A stretch of 63,911 nt of DNA, counting the filler, from Lenisia limosa (lineage: Eukaryota > Protista > Breviatea): NCBI GenBank assembly GCA_001655205.1. It is 15 parts of 15 records of this genome, joined end to end, with 100 filler letters (N's around TTAATTAATTAA, not from the genome) between each part and the next. Parts side by side here need not be neighbours in the genome. Positions count along the whole stretch, not along the records: positions 1 to 2,829 come from LPNZ01001915.1; positions 2,930 to 14,065 come from LPNZ01005353.1; 13 more parts are not named here. One strand, 5' to 3'. This document shows positions 1-10,811 of the stretch, one piece after another. The notes below the pieces were generated by a model. The model had not been told where the DNA came from. It saw only the letters and a program-made list of their open reading frames with translations, and did no database searches. How positions within the stretch are numbered: position 1 is the first letter of the stretch; each line of letters opens with the position of its first letter. A program made the translations under genes and the position numbers.

Positions 1-83
1 GTAGAAGGATAAGGTTTTAGTTGGCTTCACTTTGTTTCGAAAAAGACCGGTATAATATCAAGTTTTCGAGGATTTGTCAAAAG

Positions 84-2100
84 TGTTTTGGAACTCATCA
101 ACAAGGTCCGAAAAAACTCAACCCTGCAAGTGATGAAGGAACGCACTATTATGGCTAAAGCAACTGCTGATTTCGTTGTGAAACTGTACTACGCTTTTCA
201 GACCAAGGTACAGCTGGTGCAAGTGCAGTTATTGTTTTGCTGTAGAAGATGCCTCTTGTCTATTTGGTAGTTGTCTTTATTGAAATTACCATGTGACGTT
301 TGGTTTGAGGGTTTTCAACCATCATCAAACCCTCCCCCATTATCTTTCTATTATTTTCAAACGCTCGTGTGTTGTCTTAGGCCCAGGATTTTCTTTTCCT
401 TGTTAGTGATGAGATGCAGTGGCGACTGGCCTTGACTTTTTTTGTTATCAACGCTCGTGTGTTGTCAGTCCGCAGAGTTGATTTGGGATTTTTTGTTTCA
501 TAAATTTTCCAAATTTACCCCCCCCCCCCCNNNNNNNNNNNNNNNNNNNNNNNNNNNNNNNNNNNNNNNNNNNNNNNNNNNNNNNNNNNNNNNNNNNNNN
601 NNNNNNNNNNNNNNNNNNNNNNNNNNNNNNNNNNNNNNNNNNNNNNNNNNNNNNNNNNNNNNNNNNNNNNNNNNNNNNNNNNNNNNNNNNNNNNNNNNNN
701 NNNNNNNNNNNNNNNNNNNNNNNNNNNNNNNNNNNNNNNNNNNNNNNNNNNNNNNNNNNNNNNNNNNNNNNNNNNNCACCGAGACCTCAAAGTGGGGGAT
801 TGATGAGTACCTTCACGCACTTATTCTTAAACGATTCTTTGCCTCTCTCTTATGGTCGTAACTGTTCAGACATTGTGTGTTCCCACATCTAAAACAGTAT
901 TTTACCCTCTCCAGCCTGACAACTTGCTTTTGGACGCCAAAGGGCATGTCAAACTCACAGACTTCGGGCTCTCCTCGTAAGTTCTTTTCTTTTCCAATAA
1001 CGGACCTGATAACGGATATATACTATACTGTATATCATAGTACATTTGATATAAAATAGTATATGATATAGTACGTTTTTTTTTGAAAACCCCAATTTTC
1101 AATAAGTTTCAATTCACAAACAAAGTGCTAAATTAAAAAAAGCCTCAAGTCAGTTTGGCTAACTTCGAGAACCACTTTATCCATAGTCACATTACTCCAA
1201 TTTCTCCAATGGAAATCCCAATTCTTCTGAAGAGGATGTGGCGTATATATGTATATACTATATGTATAGTCAAAGCTCCGGACATCATTCAAAATTCCCG
1301 GACACATCAAAANNNNNNNNNNGGGTCAAAACCAAATTAAGTCCCTAAGCTCTCTATTTACGGTCCAAAAACGGTCAAAAACAAGTAAAAACCGTTAAAA
1401 GGCCATTCAAGGAATAAATGGCAACTATCCGGGAAAGTTTACCCTTGTAGACAGTGCTATTTTTAGCATTTTTTCCTCAAAATTCACCATTACATAGCCA
1501 AAGCAAATGGGAACCCGGAACCAATTACTCCGAGGGGTACAAATTTTTGTTTCTTAACACTAAAAGAGGGTAAGATTCAGAAAAAATCCTGTGAAAAGGC
1601 AAAAGGGGGACCCCCGGGAGACCAAATTCACGGATTTTTGACACTTGCTCAAAATTGAAAAACAAAGTTAGGGAACATTAGGAGGTCCATTTCTCTGTAT
1701 CTGTCGAAGCATTTTTTCAAAAAACACTAGCATTGGCCAATACAAGGTGTCAACTTCAAGCTATCCGGGAGTTGTGATGTGTCCGGGAATTTTGAACGAT
1801 GTCCGGACTTTGAGGACCGACATATACATGTATATAGTTATATGATATATATATATCTAGATACATGTATATATATATACTATATATATATATCACGACC
1901 CCCAAAGACGTATCATCGGTTATATCATATTATATCATATACGATATAACTAGGGCTTCTCCAAGGTCCATAGGGAATTGACGATATAACATAATACCAG
2001 ATTATTTTTATGAATGTAACATGTAGTAATTTTTGTTTTACTTTTTGTTCACCCCCCAGAATTGGACTGATGGAAGGTCAACAAGCTTGGGAGGAGGAAG
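84..2100 (+). CDS. AGC-family Ser/Thr kinase, MAST/Greatwall/Rim15-like (partial, multi-exon)
   Basis: Exon 84-207 gives ...KERTIMAKATADFVVKLYYAFQTK; 777-791 gives HRDLK; 915-976 gives PDNLLLDAKGHVKLTDFGLS; exon from 2060 continues SIGLMEGQQAW. GT-AG junctions keep the frame. DFGLSxIGL is typical of MAST/Greatwall kinases. Middle exons fall in an N gap. Confidence 0.85.
405..530 (+). repeat. Family B repeat (~130 bp), sense within a kinase intron, ends in a C-run
   Basis: AGTGATGAGATGCAGTGGCGACTGGCC...CTCGTGTGTTGTCAG...AGAGTTGATTTGGG...TTTCATAAATTTTCCAAATTTACCCCCC matches copies at 4899, 23489, 27046, 28488 and 40567. Confidence 0.9.
1270..1813. mobile_element. Candidate non-autonomous DNA transposon with ~40-bp inverted ends, in a kinase intron
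   Basis: 1270-1309 TCAAAGCTCCGGACATCATTCAAAATTCCCGGACACATCA is the near-perfect reverse complement of 1775-1813; AT/TA-rich flanks; no internal ORF recognised. Confidence 0.6.
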
Positions 2101-2444
2101 TAGATGTTAGTGGTGGTGGTGAACATTATGTGAACATTATATTGAACAGTTTGCTGAACAGTTTTTTGAACATGGTGATAGTAACAATGCCTTTTTCGTC
2201 AATACACCCACACACTACAGCCACACCTTTATTAATATCAATGATATCTATCCCCATCCCTCTCACCCTAAAGTGATATTATGCCCCCTTTGGATAGTTA
2301 TGACAATGTTCCCCAAAACTCTTAAATTAGGATACTATTCTGTTCATAACACTTCTTGTTCATTATTATGTCACCATCAATTTGCTTTGACTGTACACAA
2401 ACTAAGAAAGGTGCTACTGAATAGCTGGACTCTGGTAAATACGA

Positions 2445-2829
2445 CGCCCCACGTTTAGGGTCTTGCTTGACAATGAAGCGGCCTCTGCGCGACTAACACC
2501 TGTGTGGGCGCCGTCGCTGTTGAACTGAAACGCGCCGCGGAGGAGGACTGCACGCAAGGCCTCGTCGAGCTGCTTACTGCGGCCGGTGGCGACGACCTCG
2601 GTTCAGGCGGTGTTGGCGGCCTGGTTGCGGTCCTGGAGGTCCTTAGAGCTTGGTAGTCCAGTTCGGCTGGGTTACGCCGGCAAGGTCGAAGACCTACATC
2701 TGGGGCATGTACTCGCGAATGAAGTCGGTGACACAGTCGCCGTAGGTGGCCGCCATGGCCTCGGCGACCACACTGGATATTCCAGGCGCCGGGGCACTTG
2801 CCGGAGATGGACGATCCGTTGCAGTCGGT
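2445..2829 (-). pseudogene. GC-rich disrupted coding-like segment
   Basis: Minus strand reads TDCNGSSISGKCPGAWNIQC, then after frameshifts AEAMAATYGDCVTDFIREYMPQM*VFDL... and KDLQDRNQAANTA*TEVV...; GC-ending codons, with in-frame TAG, TAA and TGA. Confidence 0.35.
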
Positions 2830-2929
2830 NNNNNNNNNNNNNNNNNNNNNNNNNNNNNNNNNNNNNNNNNNNNTTAATTAATTAANNNNNNNNNNNNNNN
2901 NNNNNNNNNNNNNNNNNNNNNNNNNNNNN
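2830..2929. other. Artificial scaffold-joining spacer (N44-TTAATTAATTAA-N44), first of 14
   Basis: Identical 12-mer at 2874, 14110, 18026, 22227, 24467, 28864, 46251, 49079, 51628, 52737, 54903, 58682, 60577 and 62561, each inside N padding; it carries stops in all six frames. Confidence 0.98.
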
Positions 2930-3452
2930 GGGGGGGGGGGGGGGTGAAACATGAAGGAATTGTTGATGAAGTGAAAAGAGAGTATGCCGGATTGACACGT
3001 GGAATAAAGGCTTGATAGGTGCTAAAGGCTTGAAGGCTTGATAGGATTGTGCGGAATCGCCAGTGGCCTTAACCCCCCCTCCCACAGCAGGTACAGAATG
3101 TGGCTGGCTTCTTACAGGTGCCCCATTTGCATGTGGGACAGGTGTCAATGTCAAGCCACTACAATGAGGTAATACAGATGTCAAAATGGCTCCACTATAA
3201 CGCGGATGATAAGGGTTTATCTAATCGTATCATGCCTATGCGTCACACTATGACATATCACGACAACTTTTTTCAACTACAACTTAAATCACTCTACACT
3301 GAATTGTGAAACTTTCTTTTTTTCAAAAAATGGCCTCACCTATTGAAAATGTCCAAAAGCTTCTAGAATGTTTGAAAAAAATGGCAATAGAATATCTTCC
3401 ATTTGAGGTAGCCATTATTAGTCTACTGTATCGATTTAGCAAGTAGAGTTAC

Positions 3453-6400
3453 ATTAAAAATCCGTTATTTGACTTATTCGAAGACTGGTTTCTCAAACCC
3501 CAGTGCAATACCTTCTGGACGGTTTCTTTAACGTAAAGCTCGAGGCTTTGCTGGGACGTAAGACAAGGCAACAATAGAAAATGAGGAAACAAGGATAATG
3601 GGACTCACTTCGAAGATAGATCTGATGGCTGCGTCTCCGACCAGGGCAGAAATATCGGCCAATGTGAAGGTGATGGCCACTGGGTTGTGCTGGATGCTCT
3701 CCTTCCACTTGGTCGTGTTCGTCTGGAGTGAGTCAGGAATTCTTCTTTTGAGAATGGAAAGGAATCCCTTCAATGGACTGGTTTGACGAGTGTTGCATAA
3801 TGTGGACAATAAGTTAAGGGTAGTTGAAATAAACATTGCATCCCTTCATTCTGCATTGGTCCCATTGATATTTCCTCGTTACCCCCCCCCCNNNNNNNNN
3901 NNNNNNNNNNNNNNNNNNNNNNNNNNNNNNNNNNNNNNNNNNNNNNNNNNNNNNNNNNNNNNNNNNNNNNNNNNNNNNNNNNNNNNNNNNNNNNNNNNNN
4001 NNNNNNNNNNNNNNNNNNNNNCTCCCCCACGAAGCAGTCAGGACCCGGCATGCCGCCGTCACAGGAGTTTCCGGCATTTTTTGCATGAGAAGTCCATGAT
4101 GCGGTGTGCGGCATTTTCTGGCCTGTCGTCACCTGGATGAAGTCGTTTTTCGCCTCGGTCTCAATTTGCTTGATCTACAGTTATGAAAAATGAGAACTTA
4201 TGAATGTATACTTGGGTTAGAAAACAAAGAGCGAACAGCGCGAAGGAAATTAAATAACCAAGAAGTTAAATCGTTATTAGTCCTTCCGACTACTCATGCT
4301 ATCTGAGTGAAACCTGGCAACATATAAGCACCCCCCAGTTTCACATATTCCACATGTATGTGAGCTTTACTGTAACACAAACCGCAATCCATTCCCCACG
4401 TTGAAAGGCTTAGAGCCAGGCCCAACGGGGCTGTGCATGATGTCGGTGTTGAACTTAGTCAGGTCCTCCATTACGCCGCCGTCCATCGTCGTGGCTGCGA
4501 AGGCCGTGCCCCAGTACTTGGGAGGTGAAGAGATTGTAATGTAATACTCATCAAGAATGTAAGTGTTCAATATATCATATCGATTATTTCTACATCCGAT
4601 TAAATGAGGACTGAAATTAGGATTCTTTTCACCCGAATGAGCATCAGTTTTTCGTTTTTTGGGAGTGTAGAGAGTCTGTGTATGAGCAAAGCGCAAAAAG
4701 AGAACATACATTACATATCATATCTATTATATCATATTTATGTATTCACACTTTCAATTTGGATCCCGATGCTTCAGCAGAGGTTTACCTTACCTTGATA
4801 AACCGCGCATAGATTATCTTGTTCTCATCGGAGTCGTAAGAGGGAGGAAGACTGAGAAGCGCCTGTTTACAGAATCGATCAAGCTTGAAGTTCCAATCCT
4901 GAGGGGGGGGGGTAAAATTGGAAAATTTATGAAACAAAAAAAACCCAAATCAACTCTGTTGGCTGACAACCCACAACGGTTGATAACACAGCCCAGGCCA
5001 GTCGCTTTTGTAGCACCGCATCCTACCGTCAAGATAATGACACATTGCTTTTTGAAGCCCCCAGAATCACAATTCACGTAACGAGAGTTTCAAAGAATTA
5101 AACTCATTTCTTCAAAATAACAAGGCACGCAGCATCGTTTGCCCTCTCAAACATCCAACATGGATTACCTTGGTGTCAGGGTCTCTTTGAAGTTCGAGTT
5201 GATAGAGTTTATGGTGGTTCTGAATGGATCAATGAAGGGTAAAAATAATAAAAACAAATATTCTACTCAGAAACTAGTTATTCAGAATTATGCAAAAAGA
5301 ATTGGTGTCATGACCCCAAAGGAAAGTACGACGTTATCATGCTGTATCAAGGCCTTAAGCAAGAAGGCCACCACTGACTCCGTAGGCTGTTTATATCATT
5401 GTTTTGTGTTCCATGTGGGCATCAAACACCCGCCACCTGTGCAACAGTCAGGCCATTTCCTCCATCAAAGAACTTGGTGCTGACTGCCTCGAACGAAGGC
5501 TGGTTCACAAACACACCTGCCATCCCTACAATCATGACTGATTATAGTGGCATTTTACCGTCAATAAATAGGATTACCAGTTCAATTCACTTCATATCAT
5601 TATACATAATCGGTCCTATATCATGTTGCTAATAAAAACATATTGCAACTAGCTGTTAATACCCAATGGGAATAAAAATGACCATCCAATTAGTTGACTT
5701 ACAACTCCGTGCGCACAACACCCCCCTATACCTATACCGTATGCTGGGGAGGCAGCAGAAGCTGTGTGCACAGAGTTGTAAGGCAAATGATTGGGTGAAT
5801 TAATATTATTCTACAATCCAGTACCTCTTATAAGCGTGATGGTGTGGATGGCTTCGGCCAGATACATCCTTATTTATTATTTCTCATTGCTATATGATAT
5901 ATACCGCAAACCAAGGCCGTTCTGTCCCCAAGTCAGGACCTCCTTGACGTAGTGGCTGATGCTCTCGAAGCCCAAAACCGCCATTTCAGGCATGTCAATT
6001 CCGGTTGAGGAGGGTTCGAAGGTAGCCTGAGGAATAAGAACTTCCCGTTTGCAGCATTAGTCTCGTTTGAAAATAGGATCAAAAACGACAAGAATGGCCC
6101 CAAATAATCCCTAGCAGCGACTTCGCTGAGAACAAACAACGTCTTGCACGGCATACCTGGTCCGGCAGCCTAAACACCTCTCCCTTGATGTTGGTCCAAG
6201 TGCGGTTGTTTTCGAAGGTCAACTCAACAACTGAAGGGTTAAATGAGTTCAGTAGAGGGAATAAAAACATATAAAGCTGTAATCAATACTGCTATTTCTT
6301 ATATGATATATTATACATAATTATATTAATACATTCAGGTTTTATAAAAAAAGGCGATACCACCTAGCCAAAGCCGTACACCATCTAGATATTAATTCAC

Positions 6401-9400
6401 CCAATCATTTGCCTTAAAACATAATTAATCAAAGTTAATCTCTTAATATACTATATGATAGTATCCAATAATAAAATATACTGCAAGACCATCTGTATCT
6501 TCGGCCTCCTCTGGTTTTAGGTTTTTAAGTGATCCACCATTTGCTAAGAAGCAAAAACTGTATCGGGGCAAAAAAAAAGTATCAAAAAAAAAAAGGGGGA
6601 GGGAGAGACTATTCACAATTTGATCATTTTGCTGAGATACCTGCTACCCTTTAACTTGAAGCAATTTTCAAAAAATCCAAACTCTCAAAATAGCAGTTTT
6701 TTTTAAAAAAATATGCATTGATTCGAGACGAGGGGAATAAATACACATTAGGACCACATGATTTAAGGCGTCTGGAGGGTCTTGGTCTCTTCATCTCGGG
6801 GATGACACAGGACTTTGCAGTTTCAAAGTGTGGAGCGCTGTAGTCCTCTTCATTGGCAACGCCTCAATGGACACTTAACCGTGCCAAATGTACTGGACCA
6901 ATTACCTCTCATTAATCTGAAAAGAAGAGCTGAAAAAGGAGCAGTTTTTAAGAAATAAAGATGGCCATGGGCGGAGTCGAACCGCGACAGAGTGTATACC
7001 CAAGCGGTCACCTAACTACTTGAGGATCGATCAGTAAATAGAAAAACAAGTTTGAAAGAACAAGCTAGTGTCTTCTGAAAAACATTCAATACATTGTTTT
7101 TTTTCTGCAAGTGTAGAAACGTTTATTTATAAAGGAGAGGAAACAAACTAGTACACAAAATTTTAAAAGGACAAAATGTATTTATCGTAAAAACATTCAG
7201 TGAAACAAAGATAAAAGAGCCATAGGAGAGCGGCGGCGGAGTTGCAAATGAAGAAAAAACTATGATCGGCAATGAATCTGCTTCATCTTTATTTAAGACA
7301 ATTTGGCCGAGTTGGTCTAAGGCGTCACGTTAAGGTCGTGATCTCTCCGGAGGCGTGAGTTCGAATCTCACAGTTGTCAATTTTTTTCCTCGTTCAATTT
7401 TTTGCCGATTGTTTGTATCTTTTCTTTTGTTGTGGATTTTTTCCCTTTATTTTCCAAAAAAATTGAATAAAATTGTGAAAGCAGTAAAAATGACCCTTCG
7501 GGATAATTCCTCAGGATAGTTTTCATATTAATCCAGGCATAAAATTCTGAAAATAGGTAAAGTTGACCTAGAATGTATTGTAATAAGGCTAAAATGGCAA
7601 TATATAGACAATATGACAATGTTGGTTGTGCGTGGTTACAATGGTCTTTAAATTTGGTAAAAAAAAAGCGAAAACCCAAAAACCTCCAAAAGTGGAACAC
7701 CCCCCTGAGTCGGAAAAATGGGCATTTAAAAATGTTAACTCGAAGATGTTTCATATTGGAAAAGTACCTACCCAAATATCACGAAGGGTCATTTAGATTA
7801 CTTACTCATGACTTTGAGCAAAAAGCGGCAATTTGTAACTCGTCGGCGGAAAACGTAAAAATGCGACGCCGTACGAAAATCCGACTAAAAAGAGCTTTAC
7901 ATAATCCACCTATATTCGGATCTCCGTGACAATTTTCCTTCTGCTTTAAGGCCGCCCTCGGGGTAAAAGTTGTTACGGAAATTAGTTAATATTTAATCTT
8001 AAATATTTTTGATAATGATAGGTAAAATTAAGGATGTAGCAAGCCAAAGACAGCTTCAAAGAACAAAAAAGCTCTTTAAAATCCTCAGATTTTGTGCAAA
8101 GGTTGCTGGATGGGTACAAAAATAACAATGGTGCAAATGTACGTAATACATCAAAGCTTAAGCGAAATGGATGAGAAATAGGAGTGGAAAGAGACGAGAA
8201 CCGAGCCAAAAATTATAAGTAATTTGATTTGCTTGTTTTTTTTTGTTGAAGGAACAAATTTAAAGTAAGCTAAATCTACGTAAAAACTTTAACCCCTAAG
8301 CCAATGTTAAAATACTATTCTGCAAAAAAACAAAATAAAGTACAGACCAGAGAAACAAAGAAAAAACTTGCAAATCCAACCCCACCTGGGAGTTTGATAT
8401 TGCCAGATGAAATGTCGACTCCCATTCCCACCATTGCTGGCAGGGGCTAAGGAATGAGGAGGGATGGCAACAGGAATTTATGGGATAACCAAATGGTTTT
8501 TTTTTGAACAAGAGAAATAATAACATAAATCTAGGGGAAACAAATAAATACATGGGGGTACCATAAACATAAGATTAATATTAATATTAGAAGCCAACTC
8601 AGATAATTGTCGCAGATACTCCCAATAATTTTTGTGGGTATCCCAATAAATGGTAATAATTTCATTAGAAATTTCAAGTTTACAAATTTACGGTTCGTTC
8701 TGTATGCCCACGTTAAAAACTCCACCCCTCCCACGTTAAAAACTCCACCCCTCCCACGTTAATTTTCTTTTTGAGCTCCTTCTGATACTCTGTACTGTTA
8801 CTAGCAAAGTAGTCAAGCTGTTTGAGAAGCTTAGCTGTCGGTCCTGATACCCATTGGTCACAGAACTTTCCTAAAAAGGTAAGATGGAACTAAATTGACA
8901 AAAAGGGAACCAAATCCAACTCATCAAAAAATGGCCCACCTCCCCATCCGAGGTAGCAGTTGGTGCATTCAGTACACTGTTTGTTGGGGTCCCCACCATG
9001 TTTGCAAAGCTCGGCTNNNNNNNNNNNNNNNNNNNNNNNNNNNNNNNNNNNNNNNNNNNNNNNNNNNNNNNNNNNNNNNNNNNNNNNNNNNNNNNNNNNN
9101 NNNNNNNNNNNNNNNNNNNNNNAAGCTTGGGGAACATATGTGAGGAAAGCCACAAAAAAAAGTGATCATTTTTCATAACATTTGAAACAGAATGTGTAAA
9201 CTATATCGATCAATATTATGTAATACAGTACATTTGAATATAATATCATATAAATACGTATATGATATATAATATTATACATAAAAAACAATGTTACACA
9301 ATCTTAATATAGACACCGAGTCTGAACCGAATTACGCTCACACCCCAAATCGTAGGATGGTTGCGAGTTCATGGAGTCCAACCAAATAGACTGAATCCGC

Positions 9401-10361
9401 CAAAGTCCTCGGATATATATGTATATATCGGTAAATTCGGGGGATAATTTGTACTCATGTTGAGTAAAACCAAATACCCGCCAAGGCAAGCACCCCATGC
9501 GCCTACGGCAGTCAGGGGGGGTCAACATGTCTTCCATGATATCAAAAACTGCGGTTGGCAGTCTGAGGGGTCATAATAAGAAATAATAAGAAAAAAAATA
9601 TATCATATTTATATATAATATGGTGTTCAAAAAACAACTCTGCTTGATTGATATTTGGAATGGGGGAAAAGGAAGCCACACCCGCGCACCCCAAGGCGGC
9701 CCAGGACTCGGCCGAGACGGCTCGAAGATGTGGCACATCAGAGTAGAGGTTGTTCTTAAGGGTCGTGACAATCGGGGCAATTTGCGTGGCATAGTCCCAC
9801 TTGCCCTGCTGATGAGAGACAATGTCATGCTGGCATCCGAGGTTGAACAGTCGGAATTTGACACGTTGAACGACCAAATATGGTGGTTTTGCTTAGTTCC
9901 CTTCACTTCCTCATATTAAAAAAATAATCAATGCCCAAATCACCCCTTAGTTATGTGTTACAGTATTGCCCCTTTGGTGCCACAACCAATCAGCGTAATC
10001 AGCAAACCTGTTTGGCTACTTCTTGGAAGAACTGAATAGTCAGTGCATTTCAAAAATACAATTGCAGGGATATAATAATTGTGACAACAAGTTGCATTTC
10101 ATGCAGCAATCGTTGTCCTTCATAAGTTACAAATGTTCTCAAAAAAATTCCGAAGATAACCTCAAAATCAACACATTGAGCCTCAGTTATTTGTTTATTT
10201 TTATGTTATAATAGGAGCTTTATTCCAAAGAAGCGGCAAGGGAAGCAGTAGCTTTGAATTCAAACCTGAACAAGAGTCATATGGTCATAGTCAGGGTAGG
10301 CTGAAGATATTGCGACAATAACCGCAAGCAGCAAGATAAAAGCCTTACTAAAGCTAATCAT
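3453..10361 (-). CDS. Secreted MACPF (perforin-like) protein with N-terminal EGF-like and possible CAP-like regions
   Basis: Exon 10266-10361 MISFSKAFILLLAVIVAISSA (signal peptide); ~9700-9790 ...VPHLRAVSAESWAALGCA (weak CAP-like); ~8950-9015 plus next exon CKHGGDPNKQCTECTNCYLGWGGKFC (EGF-like); 8386-8446 PLPAMVGMGVDISSGNIKLP spliced to VVELTF...FRLPDQ; HKLYQLEL; FCKQALLSLPPSYD; 4475-4516 YWGTAFAATTMDGG fits the MACPF signature (Y/W)G(T/S)H(F/Y)x6GG with H to A; later KWKESIQHNPVAITFTLADISALV. The 3' end may extend toward 2940. Confidence 0.8.
4899..5024 (-). repeat. Family B repeat forming the 3' end of a MACPF intron
   Basis: Minus strand GGATGCGGTGCTACAAAAGCGACTGGCC...TTTCCAATTTTACCCCCCCCCTCAG|GATTGG; the element runs directly into the acceptor AG at 4899-4900. 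Confidence 0.9.
5741..5891 (+). repeat. Family C dispersed repeat (~150 bp), near full length
   Basis: ATGCTGGGGAGGCAGCAGAAGCTGTGTGCACAGAGTTGTAAGGCAAATGATTGGGTGAATTAAT...GCGTGATGGTGTGGATGGCTTCGGCCAGATAC...TTTCTCATTGCT; homologous to 17835-17981, 18142-18276 and 49175-49320. Confidence 0.9.
6962..7035 (-). pseudogene. Degenerate tRNA-like sequence
   Basis: Minus strand has a T-arm/B-box GCGG-TTCGACT-CCGC (GGTTCGACTCC at 6973-6983), a CTTGGGT loop-like segment and a 3' CATGGCCA; acceptor and anticodon stems pair poorly. Confidence 0.35.
7159..7242 (+). repeat. Family I repeat (~85 bp), second copy inverted at 57099-57190
   Basis: AATTTTAAAAGGACAAAATGTATTTATCGTAAAAACATTCAGTGAAACAAAGATAAAA...CATAGGAGAGCGGCGGCGGAGT aligns colinearly with the reverse complement of 57099-57190. 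Confidence 0.75.
7297..7379 (+). tRNA. trnL-AAG: tRNA-Leu (anticodon AAG)
   Basis: Acceptor GACAATT/AGTTGTC; D arm GCCGAGTTGGTCTAAGGC; anticodon stem TCACG/CGTGA with loop TTAAGGT; long variable arm; T arm GTGAG-TTCGAAT-CTCAC. Confidence 0.96.
7381..7387 (+). terminator. RNA Pol III terminator (T7)
   Basis: Run of seven T starting 2 nt after the tRNA 3' end. Confidence 0.8.
8707..8762. repeat. Tandem repeat, 23-bp unit x~2.4 (intronic)
   Basis: CCCACGTTAAAAACTCCACCCCT repeated. Confidence 0.9.
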
Positions 10362-10811
10362 TTGCCCTCAGTGATGAAGACAGTTCTACACTCCAAGTTC
10401 TTCCAGCTGTAACTCTCAAATAAGTACTTCAAAGCCTTTAGGTACTCCTTAACAATACTACACGAAATATTTCAGCAGCAAATTCGCAAATTCGCAACAA
10501 ATTTGCAAAATCCAAGTTTAGTAGTATTTGATCGGCTCGGAGAATGGAATGTTTGTTCATGAGGTGTTTTGTGAATTATTGAAAAACATAGTGATATATT
10601 TGGGTGAAAACATAGTTAGTGTGGTTTTAAGGATTAAATAAAAAGAGAATAGCCAACGCAAGGAAAGTTCCGCTTTGTTGAGCTGCGTTTTTACTTCCGC
10701 TCGAAGCTGTGGTAGTGCTGAGTGAAATTTACAGTTAATTAAGCAGTTTGCCGAATAGGCGTCTTTTGCACTGGAAAGTAACCAGCTGTTTCAATTTCAA
10801 GTTTCTTCAAG

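Noticed and set aside
6985-6995. GCGACAGAGTG resembling the variable arm of vertebrate tRNA-Sec
   Set aside because: It is on the strand opposite the B-box and there is no TCA anticodon arm; a chance match.
7485-7797. ~20-bp inverted pair (AAATGACCCTTCG) 290 bp apart
   Set aside because: Short, single occurrence, no TSD; too weak to call an element.
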